From assembly GCA_964444345.1 (NCBI GenBank), contig CAYUGU010000001.1, positions 6,861 through 70,860 of the forward strand: a stretch of DNA of 64,000 nucleotides, in the 5' to 3' direction. The notes beneath the pieces were generated by a model. The model ran no database searches. It was not told the DNA's origin and was given only the letters and a program-made list of their open reading frames with translations. The DNA comes from an uncultured Bacteroides sp. Its GTDB lineage: Bacteria; Bacteroidota; Bacteroidia; Bacteroidales; Muribaculaceae. This document shows positions 52,693 through 60,799 of the stretch, in pieces (the first letter of the stretch is position 1; each line of letters opens with the position of its first letter). Made by a program: the position numbers and the translations under genes.

Positions 52693-53790
52693 ATGGCTGA
52701 GAATCATGAACCTGTTTTGACCCAAGACGACGATCAGGAAATTGACCTGCTCGAATTGGCCTCTAAATTATGGGAGAAGCGCCGCCGACTCCTCTATTGG
52801 GGCTTCATCGGCGCCGTTGTTGGCCTCGTGATTGCCTTCAGTATTCCGCCCGAATATTCCGCGTCGGCCAAACTGGCCCCCGAGGTCGATGAAGGCGGCG
52901 GTCGCACCGGCGGCCTCAGCGTTCTTGCCTCCATGGCCGGAATTGGCGCCGGAACCCCCGGCTCCGATGCCGTCTACCCGATGCTTTACCCCGATATTGT
53001 GTCGTCCGTGCCGTTCATCACCGGACTTTTCGACGTTGAAGTCGAGACCGAAGAGGGGCAGAAGATGCCGCTCAAACAGTATATGACCGACGACATTTCT
53101 TCGCCCTGGTGGAGCAAGATTTTCGCCCTTCCCCGCAAGTTGATTGCGGCATTGTCGCCGTCTGATGCTGTCGATGAGGGTCATATGATCGACAATTTCC
53201 GCCTCACCAAGCAGGAGGCCCAATTGGTCGCTCTTATCTCCGCCCGCGTCTCGGCCGCCGTCGACTCCAAAACCTCGTTGGTCGAAATCGACGTCAAGAT
53301 GCAGGACCCGCTCGTGGCCGCCATGCTGACTGATACGGTGGTCAGCCGCCTGCAGAGTTATATAACCGACTATCGAACCAACAAGGCGCGCAAAGACCTC
53401 GAATATGCCGAGGAAATCAACGCCGAAGCCCGTCAGGAATATTATCGCGCGCAGCAAAAACTCGCCGACTATAGCGACCGCAACCAAGGCCTCGCAACCC
53501 AGTCGGCACGAATTGCCCGCGACCGTCTCGAAAACGAGGCCCAACTTGCCTTCACGCTCTATAATCAGACCGCTCAACATGTTCAGCGCGCAAAGGCCGT
53601 GGTCCAGGAGCATACTCCCGTTTATGTAGTCGTGGTGCCCGCAACCGTGCCCAACTTCCCCGAGAGTCCCCGCAAGGCGATGATTACCATTGGCTGTGCC
53701 TTCGTTGCCGTCGTGGGCTATGCGCTCTGGCTGCTCTTCCTCCAGCCCCTGATTCAGTCACGCAAAGAGGAAAAGAAGCCCGAAGAATGA
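52693..53790 (+). CDS. Chain-length determinant (Wzz-type) protein
   Basis: 365 aa. N-terminal TM plus Wzz motif region (IDLLELASKLWEKRRRLLYWGFIGAVVGLVIAF), coiled-coil middle, C-terminal TM. Confidence 0.8.
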   Translation: MAENHEPVLTQDDDQEIDLLELASKLWEKRRRLLYWGFIGAVVGLVIAFSIPPEYSASAKLAPEVDEGGGRTGGLSVLASMAGIGAGTPGSDAVYPMLYPDIVSSVPFITGLFDVEVETEEGQKMPLKQYMTDDISSPWWSKIFALPRKLIAALSPSDAVDEGHMIDNFRLTKQEAQLVALISARVSAAVDSKTSLVEIDVKMQDPLVAAMLTDTVVSRLQSYITDYRTNKARKDLEYAEEINAEARQEYYRAQQKLADYSDRNQGLATQSARIARDRLENEAQLAFTLYNQTAQHVQRAKAVVQEHTPVYVVVVPATVPNFPESPRKAMITIGCAFVAVVGYALWLLFLQPLIQSRKEEKKPEE

Positions 53791-54458
53791 ATCGCCGCTC
53801 GCTCCTGTTGACAATATTGGCCCCGGTCTTCGCGTTTGGGGCTTTTGCTCAATCGGAGGCCGAGGCCGATTCCGCCTTGATTACTATTCTGAGCCTTGTG
53901 GAGACGCTTTCGGCCGACCCTGGCGAACCTGAGCCGTTCAGTCTCGGTGCGCTCGACTATCTATCGTCGGTCTATGAAGATACCGACTATTATACGAACG
54001 GGACGAGTGCCGACTATGCCCCTCCGCGCGCTGTCGACGACCGAATCTATATCCATGGGCTGCCGGACCATCTCCTGGCCCAGTTTCATCATCCCGTCCG
54101 TGGAAAAATCACCTCCCGTTTCGGACTTCGAAACAGCGGCAAGCGCATGCACAAGGGGGTAGACATCTCCCTCTGTCGCGGTGACTCCATCGGGTGTGCC
54201 TTCAACGGGACGGTCGAAAGGGTAGGCTACGAAAAAGGGGGCTACGGCTATTTCGTTATCGTTAGCCATCCCGACGGGGTCCAGTCACGCTATGCCCACC
54301 TTCAATGCCCTCTGGCCAAGCCCGGCGATCGCGTCCTCTCAGGCGATATCATCGGACTCGGAGGCACCTCCGGCAACTCCACCGGCCCTCATCTCCACTT
54401 CGAAATCCGCCGCTACAACCGCCCCGTCGACCCCACTCCCCTCCTAAATAAAAAATAA
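53787..54458 (+). CDS. M23 family metallopeptidase
   Basis: 223 aa. HKGVDI ... GYFVIVSHPDG ... GPHLHFEIR. ATGA overlap with wzz. Confidence 0.88.
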   Translation: MNRRSLLLTILAPVFAFGAFAQSEAEADSALITILSLVETLSADPGEPEPFSLGALDYLSSVYEDTDYYTNGTSADYAPPRAVDDRIYIHGLPDHLLAQFHHPVRGKITSRFGLRNSGKRMHKGVDISLCRGDSIGCAFNGTVERVGYEKGGYGYFVIVSHPDGVQSRYAHLQCPLAKPGDRVLSGDIIGLGGTSGNSTGPHLHFEIRRYNRPVDPTPLLNKK

Positions 54459-54512
54459 GGGAAAGGCGGCGTCATCGCCGCCGCCCCCTTCTGTAAGGGA
54501 GTGTTTTTTGAT

Positions 54513-54549
54513 TTTGTGGATGTCACGACCGGAGCGTGACATCCACAAA
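54513..54549. other. 15-bp near-perfect hairpin spanning the stop codon of ORF 54523..55026
   Basis: TTTGTGGATGTCACG-accggag-CGTGACATCCACAAA. No U-tract follows on the minus strand. A T-run precedes it on the plus strand. Confidence 0.6.
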
Positions 54550-55026
54550 GGGTCTGCGACCCAATTCAAGTTTGGCTCGTAGAATCCTGAAGCCAAAGAA
54601 GGTTCCCATTTTCGACAACACAATCTGACGCTCGGCGGCATCTTTGCAGTAGATTGCAACCGACCCCAGGCGAGTGGAGTCGATTGCGCTCGGATAGAAT
54701 ACATATCTGATCTCTTCCTTTTGGTCATTGAGATTTTCAATACTTACGCTAAGGTGTGCCGAGCCCTTCTTGTGCGGATATTCCACAGTTACACTGCGCC
54801 CATTGCCTGCGCTACGCTTGATGACGTCGATGATTGAGCGGACATCGCGCTCCATTTCGCTGAGTTTCTTTTCCGCTTTCGGTTTGCGTCGAGCCCTCGG
54901 AACCGCAGGCGTTGCGGGGCTCTTGGAGAGGATTTTGGATACTGCCGAGGCCTTGGCTGCCTTGAGGGCCTTGGCTTCGATTGACTGCAGGGAGAGGGGA
55001 GAGGTGAAGTTAGAAAAGTTTTTCAT
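54523..55026 (-). CDS. Hypothetical protein with Lys/Ala/Pro-rich (histone H1-like) N-terminal tail
   Basis: 167 aa. AKALKAAKASAVSKILSKSPATPAVPRARRKPKAEKK, then a ~100-aa mixed alpha/beta domain. Lower GC than the surroundings. No family recognised. Confidence 0.5.
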   Translation of the reverse strand: MKNFSNFTSPLSLQSIEAKALKAAKASAVSKILSKSPATPAVPRARRKPKAEKKLSEMERDVRSIIDVIKRSAGNGRSVTVEYPHKKGSAHLSVSIENLNDQKEEIRYVFYPSAIDSTRLGSVAIYCKDAAERQIVLSKMGTFFGFRILRAKLELGRRPFVDVTLRS

Positions 55027-55031
55027 ATTTT

Positions 55032-55180
55032 ATGTAAGTTAGAGAATGAATAAAAAAATCCACAATTTTCAATGATCTCATTTTTGACTGTATTACTTGC
55101 CGTCAGGGCATAGCATTGGCTGTCGTTTAATAGTCATTGATTGTGGGAAATTATGCAATCAAGTTTCTCTAAACTTACAT
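55032..55180. repeat. Nested inverted-repeat element (~150 nt) in an AT-rich divergent intergenic region
   Basis: Outer arms ATGTAAGTTAGAGAA (55032-55046) / TTCTCTAAACTTACAT (55165-55180), 15 of 16 with a 1-nt indel. Inner arms TCCACAATTTTCAATGA (about 55059-55075) / TCATTGATTGTGGGA (55134-55148). Confidence 0.55.
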
Positions 55181-55281
55181 ATGTATTCTGATTCGATGCC
55201 GTACCACACCGCAAAATTGGCAATAATTTTTGAAACCTCCAAATTTGTTGTTTTAAAATTGCTTAAATTTCGAAATTTTGC

Positions 55282-55289
55282 TATCTTTG
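55282..55289 (+). promoter_or_regulatory. -7 box TATCTTTG for the PH-domain gene
   Basis: Matches TAnnTTTG, 22 nt upstream of the ATG at 55312. Confidence 0.45.
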
Positions 55290-55311
55290 TAGGCATAAAA
55301 TATATGGTTTT

Positions 55312-55746
55312 ATGGAGAAGATTATTAAGTTCGCGTCGGTTTGGGACGCTTCGACATGGTTTATTGTCGCCGTGACGGGCATTTGCTGCAGCATCGCCTT
55401 CTTTGGTGAGGATACGTCAGTTTGGTCTATGGTTATCTGCGCCGTTATGTTCGTCTTCGTTCTGGTGACCCTCCTCGGAATTTCCTATGGAATCAAGGGC
55501 GATAAACTTCTGGTTTACACGTTTTTCATTCCCCGCGAATATCCGATAGAGAAAATAGCCTCGATAGAGCCCACAAAGAGCGTCCTCTCGTCGCCCGCAA
55601 CTTCCCTCTCCGCCCGCCTTGCAATCAAGTTTACCGACCGCGGCATTCTCCGCAGCGTTATGCCCCTGATAATTTCCCCTGTCCGCCCCGACGAGTTCAT
55701 CCGCGCTCTCCTCGCCGTCAACCCCAATATCCAAGTCAAACAGTAA
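55312..55746 (+). CDS. Membrane-anchored bacterial PH-domain-like protein
   Basis: 144 aa. Two N-terminal TM helices followed by a small beta-rich domain (GIKGDKLLVYTFFIPREYPIEKIASIEP). Confidence 0.55.
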   Translation: MEKIIKFASVWDASTWFIVAVTGICCSIAFFGEDTSVWSMVICAVMFVFVLVTLLGISYGIKGDKLLVYTFFIPREYPIEKIASIEPTKSVLSSPATSLSARLAIKFTDRGILRSVMPLIISPVRPDEFIRALLAVNPNIQVKQ

Positions 55747-55807
55747 GGCCGAAGAGTTTGCATATTTGGTGGGAAATTTGTAACTTTGTGCAATTAAATC
55801 CGCGGAT

Positions 55808-56431
55808 ATGAATTTCTTTAAGCGTTATCCTCTGACTGCCAACCTTCTGGCGATGTTTATCGTCGGAATCGTGTTGATATGCCTCGCAATGTGGGGCCTT
55901 AATATTTGGACTGCTCACGGAGCGGTTCAGGTCGTTCCTGACGTTCGAACCCTCTCGGTCCCCGAAGCCGAGCAGACCCTCAAGGGATGTAACCTCCTGA
56001 CGGAAGTTGTCGACTCCGTCTATGGCTCCCACGGCGCCCCCGGGTCGGTCGTCGAGCAGGTGCCCCCGCCCGGCAATAAGGTGAAGCCGGGGCGCACGGT
56101 CTACCTGACTATCAACGCTTATGAAACCAAGAAGGTGACGCTCCCCGACCTTGTCGGCACTTCCGTGCGTCAGGCCCGCGCTACACTCCAGACGCTTGGC
56201 TTCACCGATATTCGCGAAGTGCGCGTGCCCTCCGACTATCGCGACCTTGTGCTCTCAATCAAGTCTATGGGCGTTCCCCTGCGTGCCGGTACCACCGTGT
56301 CGCTCGGCAGTTCTATCATTATTGAGGTAGGCGAGGGCTTTGATGCCTATTCCGCTTTAAATGACTCGATTGAGGCTATTGAGGAATCCGAGTGGACCGA
56401 CGAAAATCAGACTGCCGACTATTATGAATGA
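55808..56431 (+). CDS. PASTA domain-containing membrane protein
   Basis: 207 aa. N-terminal TM, then two or three PASTA-like repeats (VPDVRTLSVPEAEQTLKG...; LPDLVGTSVRQARATLQTLGF...). Confidence 0.8.
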   Translation: MNFFKRYPLTANLLAMFIVGIVLICLAMWGLNIWTAHGAVQVVPDVRTLSVPEAEQTLKGCNLLTEVVDSVYGSHGAPGSVVEQVPPPGNKVKPGRTVYLTINAYETKKVTLPDLVGTSVRQARATLQTLGFTDIREVRVPSDYRDLVLSIKSMGVPLRAGTTVSLGSSIIIEVGEGFDAYSALNDSIEAIEESEWTDENQTADYYE

Positions 56432-57476
56432 CCCTGAGGTTGACGAACTTGAACTCCCCGGACTGACCGATGCCGACGGAAATCCGCTCTACGAGCATTT
56501 TCGTTTCGTAGCCGACCGCGGTCAGGAACTCCTGCGCGTAGATAAGTTCTTGGTGCTCAGGATGCAAAACGCCTCGCGCAACCGTATCCAGCAAGCCGCC
56601 GAGGCCGGATGCATAATCGTCAACGGGACGCCCGTAAAGAGCAACTATCGCGTCAAGCCGCTCGACGTGGTTCAGATTGTGATGGACCGACCCCGCTATG
56701 AAAATGAAATTATTGCCGAAGATATTCCCTTAGACGTTGTCTATGAGGACGATACGGTGATGGTTGTCAATAAGCCCGCGGGCCTGGTCGTTCATCCCGG
56801 CCACGGAAACTATACCGGCACACTCGTGAACGCCCTCGCCTGGCATTTCCGCAACGACGAGAACTATGACGTCAACGACCCCCGCCTCGGCCTTGTTCAC
56901 CGCATCGATAAAGATACCTCCGGGCTCCTCGTAATCGCCAAGACTCCCGAGGCGAAGACCGACCTCGGCAAACAATTTTTTGATAAGACCACCAAGCGCG
57001 AATATCGCGCCCTCGTATGGGGACAACCCGACCCGGCTGACGGTAGGATTGAGGGCAACATTGGCCGGAACCCGAAGGACCGCCTCCAAATGGCTGTGCT
57101 CCCCGCCGATGACCCCACCGGAAAGCATGCCGTAACCCACTATGAGACAGTCGAGACCTTCACCCATGTCTCCCTCGTCAAGTGCGTGCTTGAAACCGGA
57201 AGAACCCATCAGATTCGTGTCCATATGCGCCATATCGGTCACCCGCTTTTCAACGATGCCCGCTATGGTGGCGATCAGGTCCTTCGCGGCGTACCCTCCT
57301 CAACCTATAAGCGTTTTATTGCCGGATGTTTTGAAACCTGCCCCCGGCAGGCTCTCCACGCAATGACCCTCGGATTCCGCCACCCGAAGACCGGAGAAGA
57401 AATGTTTTTCACTGCGCCTCTCCCCGCCGATATGACCGCCCTGTTGGACAGATGGCGCAAATTATCCTCTAACTGA
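56424..57476 (+). CDS. rluD: 23S rRNA pseudouridine synthase, RluD family
   Basis: S4 domain (RVDKFLVLRMQNASRNRIQQA), catalytic HRIDKDTSGLLV, and TGRTHQIRVH. The track start at 56361 overlaps the PASTA gene; ATG 56424 (MNDPEV) chosen. Confidence 0.9.
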   Translation: MNDPEVDELELPGLTDADGNPLYEHFRFVADRGQELLRVDKFLVLRMQNASRNRIQQAAEAGCIIVNGTPVKSNYRVKPLDVVQIVMDRPRYENEIIAEDIPLDVVYEDDTVMVVNKPAGLVVHPGHGNYTGTLVNALAWHFRNDENYDVNDPRLGLVHRIDKDTSGLLVIAKTPEAKTDLGKQFFDKTTKREYRALVWGQPDPADGRIEGNIGRNPKDRLQMAVLPADDPTGKHAVTHYETVETFTHVSLVKCVLETGRTHQIRVHMRHIGHPLFNDARYGGDQVLRGVPSSTYKRFIAGCFETCPRQALHAMTLGFRHPKTGEEMFFTAPLPADMTALLDRWRKLSSN

Positions 57477-57484
57477 CTGTTGCC

Positions 57485-58699
57485 ATGATAAGAAAAACTC
57501 TCATATTCACGATAATCCTCGCGCTTCCGGCCCTGGCTTTCGCCGCCAAGAAGAAGCGTCAGCCGGCCTTGAACGCCTCCGAACTGATTGAGCAGACCCG
57601 GCAGGCAATTGATGATTATGACCCCGACCGTGCCTCCGATTTGATTGCCAAGTTGCGCACAATCCGCAATCTCGACGAGGAGGCGGAGGTTGATGCGCTT
57701 GAGGCGTGTGCCGACCGCATGGCGTCAATGATGCAGCGCGTCGATGCTATTGAGGTAATTGACTCGCTGACAGTTGGTCGCGACGACTTTTTCGCCGCCT
57801 ATCGCCTTAGCCCCGCTGCCGGTTATATCCTGAGCCCGGCTGACCTGGGCAGCGAATTTAAAGCCGAGCCCGCCTCGACCGTCTATATGTCTGAAAACGG
57901 CTCCGTGATGATTTGGGCAACTGATTCCGGGCTCGCCGAAAGCCATAAGTTGACCGACGGGACCTGGGAAGCCTCCCAACCGCTCTCGGAGTCGCTCAAT
58001 AGCGGCGGTTCGGCCAACTATCCCTTCCTGATGCCCGACGGAATCACGCTCTATTATGCAACCGAGGGCGACGACTCGCTCGGCGGCTACGACATCTACG
58101 TTAGCCGTCGAAATGGCGAGGAGTTTCCCGCGCCGCAAAACTTGGGGATGCCCTATAATTCGCCCTACGATGACTTCCTCCTGGCAATCGATGAGGAGAC
58201 CGGAGCCGGCTGGTTTGCGTCCGATCGCAACTCGCCCGGCGGCGACGTGACGGTCTATATCTTCGTGCCCTCCGAAAGCCGCGTGAATGTTGATGTTGAC
58301 GACCCGAACCTGAGCGCCCGCGCCCGTCTGGCCGACATCGCCCTCTCGCAGACCGATAAGGATTACCGCCCGCTCCTCGACCGCATTAACTCAATTGAGC
58401 CGGGAGCCGGAATGGCCGACAATACCCCCGACTTCGAGTTTGTGCTCCCCGACGGGCGCGTCCTGACCCGCTGGGACGACTTCCGCTCTGACCGCGCACG
58501 CCGCCTGATGGAGGACTATGTCGACTCCCTCGCCGACTATGAGTCCGAGGTTCAGGCCCTTGAAAAAATGAGGGCCAACTATAATCCGAACAGCAAAGAC
58601 GCCGCGGCGCGCATCCTGCGGGCTGAAAATAATCTGATTACCTCGCGCGAGCGACTTAAATCCCTGTCAAATAGAATTATCGAAGCGGAACAGCGCTGA
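57485..58699 (+). CDS. Hypothetical periplasmic protein with PD40/TolB-like repeat signature
   Basis: 404 aa. Signal peptide. ANYPFLMPDGITLYYATEGDDSLGGYDIYVSRR and PYNSPYDDFLLAIDEETGAGWFASDR resemble WD40-like beta-propeller (PD40) repeats. Confidence 0.6.
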   Translation: MIRKTLIFTIILALPALAFAAKKKRQPALNASELIEQTRQAIDDYDPDRASDLIAKLRTIRNLDEEAEVDALEACADRMASMMQRVDAIEVIDSLTVGRDDFFAAYRLSPAAGYILSPADLGSEFKAEPASTVYMSENGSVMIWATDSGLAESHKLTDGTWEASQPLSESLNSGGSANYPFLMPDGITLYYATEGDDSLGGYDIYVSRRNGEEFPAPQNLGMPYNSPYDDFLLAIDEETGAGWFASDRNSPGGDVTVYIFVPSESRVNVDVDDPNLSARARLADIALSQTDKDYRPLLDRINSIEPGAGMADNTPDFEFVLPDGRVLTRWDDFRSDRARRLMEDYVDSLADYESEVQALEKMRANYNPNSKDAAARILRAENNLITSRERLKSLSNRIIEAEQR

Positions 58700-58707
58700 C
58701 CCTCCCT

Positions 58708-60270
58708 ATGCACTCAATCGACGAAAAAATCCTTTTGTTAATCAACGGCGACTATCCGGCGTGGGTTGATGATTTAATGGTTTTGATTTCGGACCGCTTT
58801 ATCTGGATTCCGCTCTATCTGGTTCTGGCCTATTTTGCCATTCGCAAACTCGGCTGGAAGCGCGGCCTCTTTATGCTCGCTTTCTGCGGGGCTGCCGTCG
58901 GCCTCTCCGACTGGGTCAGCGCCTCCGCTATCCGCCCCTACGTCGGGCGCCTTCGACCTCTTAGCCCCGACAATCCGTTGAGCGAGGCCCTCAGGATTGT
59001 TCACGGCGTTCCCCGCTCGTTCAGTTTCCCTTCCTGCCATGCGTCAAACACTTTTGCCTTGGCCACTTTTATGGCTCTTCTGTTTAAAAACCGACGGGCG
59101 TCGTGCGCTTTGTTCATTTGGGCTTTTGTAATTTGTATGTCAAGAGTTTATATGGCCGTCCACTATCCGTCGGACGTGCTTGCCGGCGCTCTCCTTGGCG
59201 CCGCTATCGCCTTGATGTTTTATGCAATTGCCACCCGTCTCGACCGCCGCTTCTTCGTCTCTGCCCTTCTCATCTGCGGGTTTGCTCAGGGCCATGCCGA
59301 AAAGTTCCGGTTCGAATATGGCGGCGAGTTCAAGGCTATTTTCGATAACCGCGAGGGTAAAGGCGCCTATACTCCCGCCAAAACTTACTTCCTGACGCGC
59401 GTCGCTCCCGAAATAGGACTGAGCGTCGACAGCGGGCGTCATCGCGTGATGGTCGGCGCCGTCTGGACCCAGCCAATAGGTTGCGAATGGGACGGCAAAA
59501 GAGTCTCGCCTACAGCCTATTACCGCTATCAGGGCGAACGCGTGCGCGCCAGTTTCGGAATGTTCCCCCGCACTCAATTGATTGAGCCGATGCCCGAGTA
59601 TCTCGTCAGCGACTCTACCCGCTATTTCCAGCATAACCTGCGCGGAGCAATGATTCAGTATGTCGGGCGCGAGGGCTTCTTCGAGGCCGTGTGCGACTGG
59701 CGCGGAATGCAGTCCCATACCCGCCGCGAGGCGTTTGCCCTGATTGGCCAAGGCCGCTGGCAGCGCCGACTGCTCCAGGTGGGCGGCGTCGGGATGCTGA
59801 ACCATCTGGCAAAGGCAAAAAATGCTGAAAACCAGTTCGTTGTAGATAATATTATCCTCAACCCCTACGTGGGCGTGGACTTTATGCCGCTCATCTCCCC
59901 CAAGGCGAGATTTAAGGCGCTGAATTTTAAGGTCGGGCCGATTGCCTCACTTACCCGCAATCGTGAGAATATGAACTGGATAACCTCCGCGGGCGTCCGC
60001 GCCTCGCTCGAAGCCGAATGGTGGCGCTTGCGCCTCAGTAATGTCCTGAGCGTGACCGACAAACCGCTCTTTCCCCTCTATGCCCGATTCAGCAACCTGC
60101 TTAACGAGGGCGAGCCTTACTATGCCTCCAAAGTCTATAACCGCACCGAACTCTCCGGACTCCTCTGCGGTTATCGTGATATAGTTTCGCTCCACGCTTC
60201 GCTTGATTTTCACGTTGCCCGCAGCGAGTTTATGTTCTATCAACGTTTAATTCTTACTGTCAAAATCTGA
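58708..60270 (+). CDS. PAP2-family phosphatase fused to a ~330-aa beta-rich C-terminal domain
   Basis: 520 aa. PAP2 motifs RPYVGRLRP, SFPSCHAS, SRVYMAVHYPSD within aa 1-190. The remainder has no TM helices and an alternating beta-like pattern ending ...RLILTVKI. Confidence 0.75.
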   Translation: MHSIDEKILLLINGDYPAWVDDLMVLISDRFIWIPLYLVLAYFAIRKLGWKRGLFMLAFCGAAVGLSDWVSASAIRPYVGRLRPLSPDNPLSEALRIVHGVPRSFSFPSCHASNTFALATFMALLFKNRRASCALFIWAFVICMSRVYMAVHYPSDVLAGALLGAAIALMFYAIATRLDRRFFVSALLICGFAQGHAEKFRFEYGGEFKAIFDNREGKGAYTPAKTYFLTRVAPEIGLSVDSGRHRVMVGAVWTQPIGCEWDGKRVSPTAYYRYQGERVRASFGMFPRTQLIEPMPEYLVSDSTRYFQHNLRGAMIQYVGREGFFEAVCDWRGMQSHTRREAFALIGQGRWQRRLLQVGGVGMLNHLAKAKNAENQFVVDNIILNPYVGVDFMPLISPKARFKALNFKVGPIASLTRNRENMNWITSAGVRASLEAEWWRLRLSNVLSVTDKPLFPLYARFSNLLNEGEPYYASKVYNRTELSGLLCGYRDIVSLHASLDFHVARSEFMFYQRLILTVKI

Positions 60271-60271
60271 T

Positions 60272-60799
60272 ATGGAAAATTTTCAAGACCTGCTGATCAA
60301 CCGCCGCAGCATCCGCAAGTATACCGACCAAGATATTCCCGCTGAGGATGTCAAGAAAATATTTGAGGCTGCCCTGCTTTCGCCCACCGGCAAGAACTCG
60401 CGCGCCTGGCACTTCATTGCCGTTGACGACCCCGAAATGCTTGAACGCCTGAGCCACTGCAAGGGCTACGGCGCAAGTTCCGTGGCGAGCGCAAAGTTGG
60501 CAATAGTTGTCTGCGTCGACACTACCGCAACCGAAACTTGGGTTGAAGACGGCTCGATTGCAGCCTCGAATATGATGCTCCAGGCCCGCGACCTCGGCCT
60601 CGGTTCCTGCTGGATTGAGATTAACGGCCGTTTTGCCGAAGACGGGACTCCCGCCGAAGATATGGTCAGCGAACTGCTCGAAATCCCCGAGCAGGTGATG
60701 CCCCTCTGCTTCGTAACCCTTGGCTATCCCGACGAGGAGCGCAAGCCGCAAAACCTCGAAAAACTCCTTTGGGAACGCGTTCATATCGGTAAGTTCTGA
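60272..60799 (+). CDS. Nitroreductase family protein
   Basis: 175 aa. LINRRSIRKYT..., and ...SPTGKNSRAWHFIAV... Confidence 0.87.
   Translation: MENFQDLLINRRSIRKYTDQDIPAEDVKKIFEAALLSPTGKNSRAWHFIAVDDPEMLERLSHCKGYGASSVASAKLAIVVCVDTTATETWVEDGSIAASNMMLQARDLGLGSCWIEINGRFAEDGTPAEDMVSELLEIPEQVMPLCFVTLGYPDEERKPQNLEKLLWERVHIGKF

Noticed and set aside
55097-55375. 92-aa ORF in the AT-rich intergenic region
   Set aside because: It runs through the inverted-repeat element and the promoter box of the PH-domain gene, starts with a non-ATG codon, and has a low-complexity hydrophobic translation.
56361-56423. Upstream extension of rluD overlapping the PASTA gene by 71 nt
   Set aside because: The in-frame ATG at 56424 gives the typical RluD N-terminus and only an 8-nt overlap. 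The extension has no homology-like features.
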